Position numbers and translations under genes: made by a program
Shown here: positions 1 to 15,830 of the stretch, piece by piece
Layout: each line of letters starts with the position of its first letter
Position numbering within the stretch: position 1 is the stretch's first letter
The notes under the pieces: model-generated
Database searches by the model: none
What the model saw: the letters and a program-made list of their open reading frames with translations, nothing else
Told to the model about the DNA's origin: nothing
Origin: the human T2T-CHM13v2.0 reference genome, Homo sapiens
Length of the DNA: 64,000 bases
Direction: 5' to 3' (one strand)
Assembly: GCF_009914755.1 (NCBI RefSeq)
Contig: NC_060947.1

Positions 1-727
1 AAATACCTCCCTTTTAAGGGGAGGGTAGAGAGACAATGAATTACTGTAAATCAAGAGGCCTAAAAGTATAATGACAAATATTTATAATTCAGATTCATCT
101 CAGGCAGGGGTTTCTTTTCAGGTAATTAAGAGGTGATGACCTATGTTCAGGAAAAATTGGGTTGTTTAGAGGCCATGTAGGGGCCTATGATTTCCTAGAA
201 AATATAGACCCAAAGAGCTCCTTGCTGGTAATTACACCGCCGAAGAAGTTCTTATACTTTGCCTCACAACAATTAACACAAGAGCGTAGGTATGAGCTGC
301 ATAAAGTGCAGGTGAACAGAATGAAAAATCAGACTCAATCTGTAGTTCTGAAGGAAGGGTCAAATTTGGTTGTGGTAGGTGTTAATAGTTGAAGAAACTG
401 AAATCTATTTCAAGAGCACTTCAGATAAACAGGATGGAGACTGAAGCCAAGAAGGAGAATAAACAGTAATTACTGCATAAGAGGCTAGAGCATACCTGAA
501 GTCCAAAAGCAGCACTGAATTTAGAATCAGAAGATATAGATAATATACAAGAGAGTGTGCAATGCAGGGAGCCATGCTTGATGGGTTTCATCTAAAGGAT
601 TGTAGCTCCACCTTTAGCAAGTTAGCTTTTCTGTGCCTAGTTTTGAACCCAGGAACCATGACTCTAAAGATTTTGTGCTCTTAACTACTGCAATCTTCTT
701 TTCAGTACAAAAATGGCTACATTAATA

Positions 728-850
728 GGATTATAATGCATCCCGATTTGCCCAGGACTGTCTCAGCTAATACCTGTTTCTAAAATATTTATTAATAGTG
801 CCTCCTTACACTCTGAGAGCGTATCTTGACATGACTTGTATATAATTTTT
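728..850. mobile_element. MER94-like hAT DNA transposon remnant
   Basis: CCCGATTTGCCCAGGACTGTC...TTATTAATAGTGCC...CACTCT resembles the MER94 consensus as recalled. Confidence 0.5.
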
Positions 851-879
851 AATATGATGTTTAATCCCCAATTGTTTAT

Positions 880-2845
880 TATCCATCATACCCCCAAACT
901 CTGAACCTCCCTTGTTACCCAGATTACATTCCCTCTCTCCCTCTAGCATACTTGCCTGACAAAATCTGAACCTTAAGTATAATCACTTGTTCCACATTTT
1001 CATCTAAACAGCTGAATGTGATTGGAGAAAAACACAAAACGGTACATTCAAGCGTGCCCTTAGTACCACCGGGTATTATTTATTTCTCTCTTCAGTTTAT
1101 TTTCAAATCAACTCTTTAAAAGGACTGCTTCACACTTCTCTCTCATCACACCTCCAATACCCCACCTCCTCCATGCCTCCACTCCCATCCTATGACCTTG
1201 CAATATATCACTGGGAAAATAGCCTTTTCTTTTGAACTCACTCTAGCCAAGCTTTTAAACCAATGCTCCACCAAAATAGCTCTTTTCAATGTCACCAATG
1301 ATCCTACCTTGCTAAATCCAATGGTCAATTCTCAGTCATCTTATTCAGTTTATCACTAGCATTTGTACCAGTCCATCGTGCCGTCTACATTAACAGCTAC
1401 CCCCACCTGAGACAATGAGCCGCATGCAGTTAGTTTATTTGAGGGAAGTGATTCAGAAAACAGGAGAAGGGACTGAGAAAGGTGAGCCAGGAAAGGAAGG
1501 AACATCAGTCCAAGGGCATGTTATTGATCTGTTTACTACTATAGGCAACTGAGGATTATTTCCACTGAAGATTATTCCCACTGAGGACTCTCTAAGGAGC
1601 CATGTAGAATGCGCCCCAGAATTTTCCATCAGACATAGAAGAGGAGAGTGTTTTTCTATCAAATCTCATCTCCCATTAATTAAGTGTAATCCTAGAGGGT
1701 GTTTACTCACTGGCACTTGCAAGTTGGCACATGATTTGGACTCACTGAGCAGGGTCCTTCAGGTGATCCACATGGTGGTGGCAGAGAAGCCCCACAGCAG
1801 GAAGCAATAGTATGAGATAAAGCTGAATGAGGTAGCATCAAGCTACACCTACATGTAGTTACTGCAGCATGGCCTGAACAAAAAGGCGGTCCATATTGAA
1901 ATATATTCTTTATTTGGCTTACAGCACACCACACTCTGCTGATTCTCCTCTCACCTCATTGATCGCTCCCTCTCCAAGCCCTTTGATAGTTCTTCCTCAT
2001 TTTCCTGAACTGTAAATATTAGTGTGCCTGAAGTTTCGGTTCTTAGTCCTCTTCTCCATCTACACTCACTCTTGTGGTGATCTCATCTAGTATCCTTGAT
2101 TTAAACACCATTTATGTACTCACAACTCCAAAATTTATAGCTCTAGCCCAATCTCTCCCCTGAATTCCAGAATGCTCACTTAAAATCTCTACCTACGAGC
2201 TTAATAATAATATAAAACAACATGTTTAACAGATAAATCTTGATTTCTATGTCATTGAGTTTTCCCTCACCTCAGTAAATGATGATTCTATTCTTCAGAG
2301 ACTCAAGCTGACCATTTGGAGGTATCCTTCACTTCTATCTTTTTCTCATGTCAATCGGTCAAGAAATCCTGTTGGCTCTACCCTCAAAATAGATCCAGAA
2401 TTTGACTATTTCTCAGTATCATTACTGCTACTACCTGTTCTGATCTACCATTATCTCCTCCCTCGATAATTGCAGCAGCTCTCTGATTCCACTAATCCCA
2501 AAGTCTAATCCCAACAGAGAAACTGCGATGATTGTTCTGAAGATGAAGGCCAGATCTTGTCATTCTTCTGCATAAAATCTTCCAGTGATCTTCCAATTAA
2601 CTTAGAACCAGACTCATCTAGTTATGACTATAAGGCCCTACATACTCTTCCCCTGCTATTTACATGGCCAGCTCTCTCACTTAATTCAGGAGTTCACTCA
2701 AATGTCACTTCCTCAAGGAGGCTTTCCCTGAATACCCTAAATCAGCATTGCTCATCATTTTATCCTCCTGTTTTGGTTCATTTTCCTTCATAGGAATTCT
2801 TACTACCTGATTATATTATATGTTACTGTTGAATAAATAAGTTAA
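880..2845 (+). mobile_element. L2 LINE remnant, interrupted by an LTR at ~1385-1890
   Basis: L2 motifs GTCACCAATGATCC...TTGCTAAATCCAATGGTCAATTCTCAGTC and AATGTCACTTCCTCAAGGAGGC; ends TGTTGAATAAATAA. Confidence 0.7.
1385..1890. mobile_element. Old ERVL-type solo LTR (LTR16/LTR33-like) inserted in L2
   Basis: CCTGAGACAA...TGCAGTTAGTTTATTTGAGGGAAGTGAT motif; L2 homology resumes after it. Confidence 0.45.
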
Positions 2846-3394
2846 TATGTGGGAGTTTAAATTGGAATGGTCTTTCTTAAAGTCAGCAAATATTGATCAA
2901 ATGTCTCTTATGTGCCAGACAGACATTGCTGTATGTACTGCTCCAGTCTGTTCCTTCCCAAAACTCTTCTCTTGCCCCTGGAAACTCTACTTCTTTCATT
3001 TCTCCATTTTTGGAATTAACTGGGATTACAATGCTTCCCCTTCAGTACTCTCCAGTGGAGACTGTTCATTCTCCCATATATGGCTTCATTTCATTCCCAA
3101 TGCAGCCTAGACTCCAGAGAGATGAAGATTTGAGTACCATCTTCATAGGAAGTGTTGGTTGAAATTGGAAATGTGTGATATCTCTCTCTGGCAGAAAGTA
3201 TAAACTGGAGAAAAACAAAACACCAGCAGAATCTTTCCTCTAAAGTGATACCTATCATGATTAGAGAAACCATACAGTTATGCTAGCAAGAATGCCAATT
3301 ATATAAGAAAGGCAAGTTCACTGGGTCTCTTTACTGTAAAAAATACTTCTAGAAGAATACATTTGGAAACAACTACCATATGAATATAAGAGAT

Positions 3395-3600
3395 AACAAT
3401 TATTGAGTTCCTACTATGTTTCAGGCATAAAATTAACATTTAATCCTCATGACAACTTTATGATATAGAAATTTTATCACTATTGACAATGGATGTGGAA
3501 ACAGGGGCTTTGGAAAGTTACTTGCATAAGGCAATGAAACTAACAAGTGAAAAGAAGTCCTAGGATTTAAAACCAGGTTTGTCTCAAACACCATGTTCTC
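3395..3600 (-). mobile_element. MIR SINE
   Basis: TTATTGAG...CTACTATGT...TTTAATCCTCA...GGAAACAGGGGCT...AGGATTTAAAACCAGG. Confidence 0.7.
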
Positions 3601-4045
3601 TGCACTCTGCAATACCACCTTGTTTGCTAATTATATCAATTTAGAATGTGTGCATGGAAATTAAACATGCATTGTTAAAATTTTTACTAGATCTATCAGC
3701 AGCTTTCAACATAATTGACCCTTCCCTCCTTTAAGTTCTTTCCTTTCCTGGCTTCAATTAAGCTACATTTTCCTGTTTTCCCTCCTAATTATGTGGTTAC
3801 TTCCCAGTCTCTTTTTCTAGTTTTTTTTCCTTTATCTGGCCTTTAAATATTGAAGTACTCAGGACTCTTCCTGTCCCTTTTGTTTTACAAGTCTACACAC
3901 TTTTCCCAAGAAATGTCATCCCAAAACTCTTCCCTGGCCCCCAAGAACCATTTCTTCATTTCTCTACTTCTGGAATTTACACCCTTATGACTTCAACTAT
4001 ACTGATGACTCCCACATTTGTATCTCTAGCACACACCATTTTTCT

Positions 4046-5242
<1,197 letters not shown>

Positions 5243-7360
5243 ACACCCCATTTTTCTAAGCTCGGTGCTGTATCCAATTGCATAGTCTATATCTACATAT
5301 ATTATAGATACCTCAAGTTCAACACATTCAAAATTGAACTAATTAACTTTGTTCCTCAAATCTGCTCATCTTTGATGGTTCTCAAACTCAATAAATGTTA
5401 TTACTATCTACTCAAATGCTCAAGCCATAAGCTTGTGAATCCTCCTATCTTCAGTCTCTTCATCTCCTATATGCCATGAATCAAAAAGTGCTGTCAATTC
5501 TTCTTTCTTAAGAATCTCTCTAATTCATTAGCTTTTCTACATCTCCACAATCATAATTAACCAAAAAGCTATTAACAATGCCTTATTGTATTGCTCCAAT
5601 AGCTCCTTAACTAGTTTCCTCATAAAACCTTTTATCCCCACTCCAATATTTTCTCCACATAGCAAATAATAATATTTTTAAATGTAAATTTTATTATGTC
5701 ATTGTCTTACTCTCTATTGCTATTTGTAGTTCCCTAATTATTAAATCAAACTTCTTAATATTGCCAGGCCTCTGCCTACTTCTCTCCTACCTCATATTCT
5801 ACCTTCTCCTCCTCACTGTATTCCAAGTATACTATCCTTCTTTCATTTTCTTAAACATACAAAGTTTTATCCTGCTTCAGGTAATTTGCCTATATTGGTC
5901 TATCAGAGCAAACCCCTTTACATAGCTTACCTCTGCTCATTCTTTACATCTCTTAACCATCACTTGCTCAGGAAAACCTTTTGTTTTGCTCCCTTGAAGA
6001 CTAGATTATGTCCTTCGTTATACACTTCTATAGCACTTGGTGCTATCTCTGACTACACTACTAATTATTTAATTACAGATTTATTTCTGTCTTCTGCTAA
6101 AATATAAACTTTATAAGGGCAGGAATAATTATTGTGTTGTTAATTCCTGTATGTTCACTACCTGGCATATCATATAAAGTTATTGAGGGGGAAGCACATA
6201 TTGATGTACTACAGTGTATTCTACTGAGAAAAATAAGTTTCAGATTATTTTTCATTATGAATCATCAATGTAATTGCTCCTTTATACTGACTTAAAAATT
6301 GAGAGATGTATGTATTTTAATTATGTCTATTACTTAAGCCTATACTTCACTCTGTATTGCAATCCTATTATAAAATGTGCCTAAGCTGTTGGCTAGAAAA
6401 TTTTAAATTTATGTTATATACCACTTGAAAGTCATACATTTTTTCAGTCAATGCCAAAATACTCAGAAATACTGTTAATTCTTCCTTACTGCCTACCTTT
6501 GTCATATCATGCTGGGTTAGGCAGGGTTGATTCATCTTGGAAAACATATTCACTTGACTTCATTTACTTTTACTTTCAAATGGGAGTTCCTTACATTACA
6601 AAAAAAAATTTTTTCTTCTCCTCTCTTGGATGCAAAAGTAAGACCCAATTTTATTTATAATTTTATTATAAAGACATAGATAAGTTAAAAGGAAATATGT
6701 GGAAAGTGATATACAATACAAAAAGTAAACCAAAGAAAGCTAGAGTGACTATACTAATATCACATAAAGTAGACTTCTGAATAAGAAATATTTTTCAGGA
6801 ATAAAGAGGAACATCTCATAATGATAAGTTAATTCTCCAAGAAGACGTGGAAATTCTAAATGTGCATACACCTAATAGATTGAATATGCATGAAGCAAAA
6901 ACTGACAGAAAAGAAAGCAGAAATAAACAAAACGTGATTAGACTTGGATATTTCAACACTCTTCTCAGTAATTGATAGAACAAATAGACAGAACATCAGT
7001 AAGAATATGAAAGATTTGGAGAACCTTATTGACCAACATGCCTTAATTGACATTTATAGAAAACTCCACCCAACAGCAGCAAAATACACATTATTTTCAA
7101 ACGCACATGGAACATTCACCAAAATAGACCATATTCTGGATGACAAAACAAGTCTCATAAACTTAAAAAGAGCAAAATCATACAAGGTATATTCTCTGGC
7201 CACAATGGAATTGAATTAAGATTCTATAACATATCTGAAAAATCTCTAAATATTTGAAAATTAACAACATATCTGTACATAACACATGGGTCAAAGAAGA
7301 AATCACTAGTTAATTCAGAAAATATTTTGAATGGAATGAAAATGAAAACACAGTATATCA

Positions 7361-7497
<137 letters not shown>

Positions 7498-7649
7498 AAA
7501 TATGTGGGAGAGTGGCTACCCAGACTTCATCAGTACACAATGTATCCATGTTAACAAAATTGTACTTTTTTGTTATAATCACAAAGTAGTGAATATGAGG
7601 ATAAAATAAAGGAATTGGCAGGGTAGATATCTAAAGAGATAATTGAGTC

Positions 7650-7783
7650 AAATATCACTCAGAGGCTTGAGTCTAAGTCACTAGAAGTATGAAATTCAAA
7701 AAATTAGAAATGAGAGAAATATCACTCAGAGGCTTGAGTCTAAGTCACTAGAAGTATGAAATTTGAAAAATTAGAAATGAGAG
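7650..7783. repeat. 67-bp tandem duplication (2 copies)
   Basis: AAATATCACTCAGAGGCTTGAGTCTAAGTCACTAGAAGTATGAAATT... at 7650 and 7717. Confidence 0.95.
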
Positions 7784-8867
7784 ATTTTGGTTAAATTTAC
7801 AGAAAAAAAAACTTGTGAGGTGTAGCTAAAGCAGTGCCTTTAGAGGGAAATGTATGGTATTAAGTGCTTATATTAGAAAAGAAGAAAGGATTCAAATCAA
7901 CAATGTAAGTTTCTACTTTAATAATTAGAAATATAAGAGCAAAATCAACCCAAAGTGTAGAAGGAAGAAAGTAATAACAAGGAGAATAAATGAAACTGAA
8001 AATAGAAAAACAAGAGAGAAAATCAGTGAAACCAAGAGCTATTTGGAAATAGCTAATCTGATCAAGAAAAAAAGAGAGAAGACACAAATTACGTATATTA
8101 GAAATGAAAGAGGGAACATCACTATGGGTCCTACATATATTAAAAGTGTAATAAGGAAATACTATGAACAATTTTAAGCCAAGAGATTTTACAACTTAAA
8201 TGAAATTGACAATTGCCTTGAAAGACCAAATGACCAAAATTTATTCAAAAAATAGAAAATCCAAATAGCATATTTTGTAAAGACATTGAATTCATAATCC
8301 ATTAAAAATACCATTAAGCCAGATAGTTTTCACTGGTGAATTCTATAAAACATTTAAGGAAAAAGTAACATCAATCTTACACAAATTATTTCAGAAATTA
8401 GAAAAGAAAGAGACAGTTCTCAATTTTTAGGCCAGTTCTCAATTTTTAGGCCAGTTTTACTCTGATTTAAAAAGCAGACTAAGTTATTGCAACAAAAGAA
8501 GGCTACAGAGTAACATCCCTTATGAACAAAAATACAAAAGTATTTAACAAAATATTAACAAATTAGATCCAGCAAGATATATAAAGGATAATGCATCACT
8601 ACCAAGAGAAGTTTATCCTGGAAATGCAAGGGACAAAGACATTAACATTTGAAAATAAATTGTTGAAATTCACCATATCATCAGAATAAAGGGGGAAACC
8701 ATATGATCATCTTAATAGATGCAGAAATAGCATCTGCAAAAAAAATTCAAGGCCAATTTATAATAATAATTTTTTTAAAGCCCTTAGCAAACTAGGGGAA
8801 CTTCCTCAACCTGATAAAGGGCACCTACAACAAAAGCCCTACTGCTTTACCCTTAAGATTAGGAATA

Positions 8868-9212
8868 AATGGACATAGAAAGAAGGATGGCTACCAGAGG
8901 CTGGGAAGGGTGGCTGGGGGTTGGGAGGAGGCGGGGATAGTTAGTGGGTACAAAAAAAGTAGAAAGAATGAATAAGACCTACTATTTGATGGCACAATAG
9001 GGTGATTACAGTCGATAATAATTGTATATTTTTAAATAACTTAAATAACGTAATTGGATTATTAGTAACTCAAAGGATAAATGCTTGACAGGACAGATAC
9101 CCCATTCTCTATGATGTGCTTATTTCACATTGCATGCGTGTATCAAAATATCTCATATACCTCATAAATATATACACCTATGTACCCATAAAAAATTTTT
9201 TTAATTAAAAAT
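8868..9212 (+). mobile_element. L1MA 3'-end fragment inserted in the older L1
   Basis: TACCAGAGGCTGGGAAGGG...AAGAATGAATAAGACCTACTATTTGAT; flanked by ATTAGGAA repeats. Confidence 0.8.
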
Positions 9213-11696
9213 ATATTAGGAACAAGGCAAGTATGTCCACTCTTGTCATTTCTAGCCAACATTGTACTGAAAGTCCCAGCCATTGCAATAAGGTCCATAT
9301 AAGAAATAAAAGACATTAAGATTGGAAAGGAAGAACCAAAACTATATCCACAAGTGACATTATTGTGTACATGGAATATCCTAATGAATCTCCAAAAGGG
9401 CTATTAAAATTGTAAGTGAGCAAGGTCACAAGATACAAGACCAACATACAAAAGTCAATTGCATTTCCATAAACTAGCACATAACAATTGAATATTGAAA
9501 TAAAAAGCAATTACTTTTAAAATAACATTCAAAAAACATGGATTACTTAAGGTTATATTTAATAAAATACATTGAAAACCTGCACATTTAAAACTGTAAA
9601 CTTTGCTGCAGAAATTGAAGAAAAATAAATGGAGGCATATATCATATTCATAGCTCGGAAGACTCAGTAGTGTCAATCCTCCCAATATTAATTCATAAAT
9701 TTAACTTGAAAGATACTGACAAGCTGGTACTAAAATTTATGTAGAAATACTAAGGATCTAGATATCAAAATGAATTTTCTAAAATAACAAATTGGTAATA
9801 CACTACTTGAGATCAAAACTTACTACTAAACACAGAGGAAGGTGTCAGGATAATTGCACAGGAAGAATGGTATATATGAAAATAAACATATGAGGGCAAA
9901 ATGCACTGATCAAGTAAATGAGATGCTCTATCTGGAGTGAAGAGTTTAAAATATATTTTTGGACTAGAAAAATGAATTGGACCCAAATTGAAGATAATTT
10001 TAAATGTCCTGATGAAAGTTGTTAGAAAATTAGTTGTCTATAATATATAGAATGATACTTGAAAGAGGCAGGGATACAAGTTAAAATTGTTTTCATGAAC
10101 CCATACACAAAGTAGTGAATATGAGGATAAAGAAAAAAATAGGCATGGTAAATATAAAAAGAGATAATTTAGTCAAATGTAATTCAGAGGTTGGAGTTTA
10201 AGTCACTAGAATTATGAAATTGGAAAAAAAATAGAAGTGAGAGATTTAGTTTAAAAATGAATTCCATTTATAAATGTTTAATTTTATATCATTACAGTGT
10301 CAATCTGTTAATATAGAACAAGTGCTTTTCAAATATAGATAGAAAGAATGGATTTGAGATATAGACTTGGAAATCGTGCACATAAAGGAGATAGTTGATG
10401 CTGTGAGAAGGGAAAGTATAAAGAGAGATGAGAACAGAAGTATTTGACCTAAGGTTTAAAAAATACCAACTTCTGATAGCAAGAACAGAAAGAATGAATC
10501 AAGTAGAAAGGAAGGAATCCTGGATTGTCTCTGTGTTAACTTACACTGCTGTATGTTTCCAGGACTAGGAAAACTGGAAATGAGCAGGTGAAAATCAGGA
10601 AACTAAAATAAATTATTTGTTTCTTTCTAAAATGTCTGGTCAACCTTCGCCTGTTTTCCTTGACCTAATATTTACAGAGATGCTCAGTAAGTTCTAGTAC
10701 TTAGTATATGGTCTAAGGTTTTTCTTGGTCTAAGGACATGAACTATGGATGAATGTAAGCCAAGGACTTTACAAGGCATATAGTTCTTTGCTCATCATAA
10801 GTTACAATAAAACTAAACAAAAAAATATGTTCCAAAGACTATAAAACTACAGAAATCAAGATAGTTTGGTGTTGGCAAAAAGATAGTCATATAGGTTAAT
10901 GGCAGAGAATAAGGTATCTAGAAAGAGACCCGTATATTCATGGTCAATTGATTTTTCATGAAGGTGCCAAGGCAACTAAATGGAAAAAGGAGAATCTTTA
11001 CAGCAGGTGGTGCAGGAACAACTAGATGTTCATATGAAAAAAAAAGAAGCTTAACAACTTGACACTTACTTCATGCAAATAAAAATTAACTTGAAATGGA
11101 AAATAGAAAAAAAAGAGAAAAATCTTGACAACCTTTGGGTAAGTAGATTTCTTAGGACACAAAAAGCATAAGCCATAAAAGAAAAAACACTGATAAATTG
11201 ATTTCATCAAAATGTCAAAGTTTTATTCTTCCAAACATACTGTCAAAATAAAAAGACAAGTCGCAGATTGTGAGAAAATGTTTACAAAACAGTTATCTGA
11301 CAAAGGATTTATATCCAAAGTATATAAAGAACTCTCAAAACTCAATAGTAGTAATAACAGTAAGAATAGGAATAAGAATAAAAGAAAAACAGCCAGAAGG
11401 AAAGGTGAGCTAAAAATTTGAATGGGCCCTCTGTATAATTGCCATTTGTATATTTTCTTCTTTGTATAAAAGATGTACATTCAGTATTGCCGTCATTGGA
11501 AGAAGAAAAAAGATATACAAGTAACAAATAGGCACATGAAAACACCCTCTACAAAACAGTAGAATAGATAAAATAAAGGATGTAATGATACCCTCTATTG
11601 CTAAGGATGTGGAGAAGCTGAAACTCACATCTTATCTGTGAGAATATTAAATAGTACAACCACTTTGGAAAATATTTCAGCAGTTTGTGTGTGGGG

Positions 11697-12028
<332 letters not shown>

Positions 12029-12199
12029 TAAACATATGCTTTTCGTATGACCTTGTGATTCCACTCCTAGGTATTTATTCCAGATAAATACAAACATAGT
12101 TCCATAAGAAGATATGTACTTGTATATATCAGCTTTATCTATACTAGCCCTAACTTGGAAACAACCCAAGTTTCCAGCAACAGATAAAATGGATAAACA

Positions 12200-13095
<896 letters not shown>

Positions 13096-13384
13096 ATTAT
13101 CACCTGGAGCAAGTCATTTTTAAATGCGCTCCTTCTTTGTATGAGAAAATTATTTTCAATGATAATTATGTACATAATCTGTACCTAACCTGTAAAAATT
13201 GTTATTTTGTTTTTATTTAGTTTTAAACCAAAAATTGATTTTAAAAGACTAAATTTCAATCTTAAACATATTCAAGAAGTAAAACATATCATGTGTGAAC
13301 TAAAAATTTCACTTATCTAGCAAAAATAGTCTATCTCACAGCTCATACTGTGTTCTATTGCTTTGATTTTTAAATGTTTTTACT

Positions 13385-14200
13385 TTTTTTTATTTCAATA
13401 GCTTTTGGGATATACAGGTTTTTGGTACATGGATGAATTATATAGTGGTAAATTCTGAGATTTTAGTGCACTCATCACCCGAGTAGTGCACATTGTACCC
13501 AATATGTAGTTTTTTTATCCCTCATCCGCCTGCCCCCTCCCCCTTTCTGAGTCTTCAATGTCCATTTTACCACTCTGTATGCCTTTGCATACCCATCGCT
13601 TAACTCCCACTTGTAAGTGTGAATATATGGTATTTGGTTTCCCATTCCTGAGTTACCTCACTTAGAATAATGACCTCCAACTTCATCCAAGTTGCTGCAA
13701 AAGACATTATTTCGCTCTTTTTTTCTGGCTAAGTACTATTCCATGGTGTATATATACCACATTTTCTTTATCCATTCACCAGTTGATGGGTTGGTTCTTA
13801 GGTTAGTTCTATATCTTTGTAATTGTGATTGTGCTGTGATAAACATACAAGTACAGGTGTCTTTGATACAATGACTTCTTTCCCTTTGAGTAGATACCCA
13901 GTAGTGGGATTGTTGGATTGAATGGTAGATCTACTTTTAGTTCTTTGAGAAATATCCATACTGTTTTCCATAGAGGTTGTACTAATTTACATTCCTACCA
14001 GTAGTGTTAAGCCTTTTCTTTTCACCATATCCACACTAACATCTATTGTTTTTTGACTTTTTAATAATTGCTATTCTGGCTGGGGTAAGGTGGTATCTCA
14101 TTATGGTTTTAATTTGCATTTCCTTGATGATTAATTATGTTGAGCATTTTTTTCATACATTTCTTGGCCATTTGTATATCTTTTTTGAGAAGTGTCTATT
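13385..14200 (-). mobile_element. L1PB-like 3' fragment
   Basis: Poly-T followed by antisense L1 3'UTR/ORF2 (GTTGCTGCAAAAGACATTATTTC, TAGATACCCAGTAGTGGGATTG). Confidence 0.85.
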
Positions 14201-14400
14201 TATATCAAAACTCCAAGTGACCAAACAAAATTATGAAATTGAAATAACTCAAGTTTTTTTCTTAATCTTTACAATCACTGTGCTGTCATTGTTTCAGATC
14301 CACAATTTAAATGCAGAAATATGTAGTACTAAAGAGGTTGGATGACACAAACTGCCCTCAGTGGGCTTGAATGATTAGAGACCACTGTAAACTGACTCCC

Positions 14401-14820
14401 TGTATTAGGAAGTTCTTGCATTGCTACAAAGAAATACCTGGGACTAGGTAATTTATAAAGAAAAGAGGTTTAACTTGCTATGGTTCTGCAGACTTTATAG
14501 GAAGTGTGGTGCTGACATCTGTTTGGCTTCTAGGGAGGCCTCAGGAAGCTTTACAATCGTGATGTAAGGTGAAGGGGGAACGGGCACGTCACACTGTGAA
14601 AGCAGGAGCAACAGCAAAAAGGGGGAGGTGCCATACACTTTTAAATGCCCAGATCTTGTGAGAACTCACTCACTATCACAGTACCAAGGGGATGGTACTA
14701 AACCGTTTATGAGAAAACCACCCCCATGATCCAATCACCTCCCACCAGGCCCCACCTCCAACATTGGAGATTACAATTCAATATGAGATGTGGGTGGGGA
14801 CACAGATCCAAACCGTATCA
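14401..14820 (-). mobile_element. MST (MaLR) solo LTR
   Basis: TG...CA termini, 5-bp TSD CTCCC, MSTA-like sequence. Confidence 0.88.
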
Positions 14821-14919
14821 CTCCCCAAATGAATGTGTGTAGCTGAGTCTACATATGTCATGGGCTGACTGCAGAATTGGCCTTACTCTGAATTAATTTA
14901 TATCTAGAATTAAAGGTTA

Positions 14920-15830
14920 AATGATCAAAATATGCTAACTTGAAGGTTACATTTAAATTGTTAATAGTCAACAATAACAGTATCGAATGTCCAGAATTTA
15001 GCCCAACAAAAGAGTTTTAATCAACAAAAGGGTAGGAAAGAATCATATTAAGCAAATATTAGGAAAAGAAAACTGGTATACCTACATTAATTTCAGATAA
15101 AACATACTTTTCTACAAAAATACTGTTAGGTATAGAGAGGATCACTACCTAATGGTAAATGTTCAATTCACTGCAAGGTTAGAGAAATTTTAAACATATT
15201 AGTACCTAATAAATAGCCTCAAAAATATGAAGCAAAAAATTGATAGAATTGCAGGGATAAATGAACAAACATACTACATAGAGAGAGATATTAATACTCC
15301 TCTTTCAATTAGGTCAAGGCAATAAAAAATTCAGAAGAATATATAAGATATCTTTATCGCAACTAAGAAGTTTGACTTAAACTTACTAATGCTGACCCCC
15401 AACATATAAAGAGTTTGAATAGTCTTTGAAACATAAAATGAATTAAAGCAGTATTTTAAAATAGTCCTACAAAGAAAACACCTTTTTTGTACAGGCAAGT
15501 TCAACTACATTTTGAGAAGATCATCTAAATTTTAATCAAACTCTTCTAACAATAGAAAAGAAGGAAAGCTTCTAACTTATTAAAGCAGCATAATCATGAT
15601 ATGAAAACCAAAGATATTACATGAAAGGAAAATGACATGTCCACTTTATTTATGAATATAAATGCACAAGTTCTACATGAAATATTACTAACTGAATTTA
15701 ATGGTTCATTTTATGTTAGGGATGTAAACGTAGCTTAATATTAGAAGGCGTATAAAGGTAATTGACTAAACTAACAGATTAAAAGAAAAAACTGCATGAT
15801 AATTTATTATAGAAAAAGTTTATGATAACA
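14920..15830 (+). mobile_element. Highly diverged L1M/L1ME fragment
   Basis: A-rich with degenerate ORF2 motifs (CCTAATAAATAGCCTCAAAAATATGAAGCAAAAAATTGATAGAA). Confidence 0.55.

Noticed and set aside
8413-8456. 19-bp tandem duplication (CAGTTCTCAATTTTTAGGC x2), and a similar 17-bp one at ~29578-29611
   Set aside because: Ordinary micro-duplications within dead L1s.
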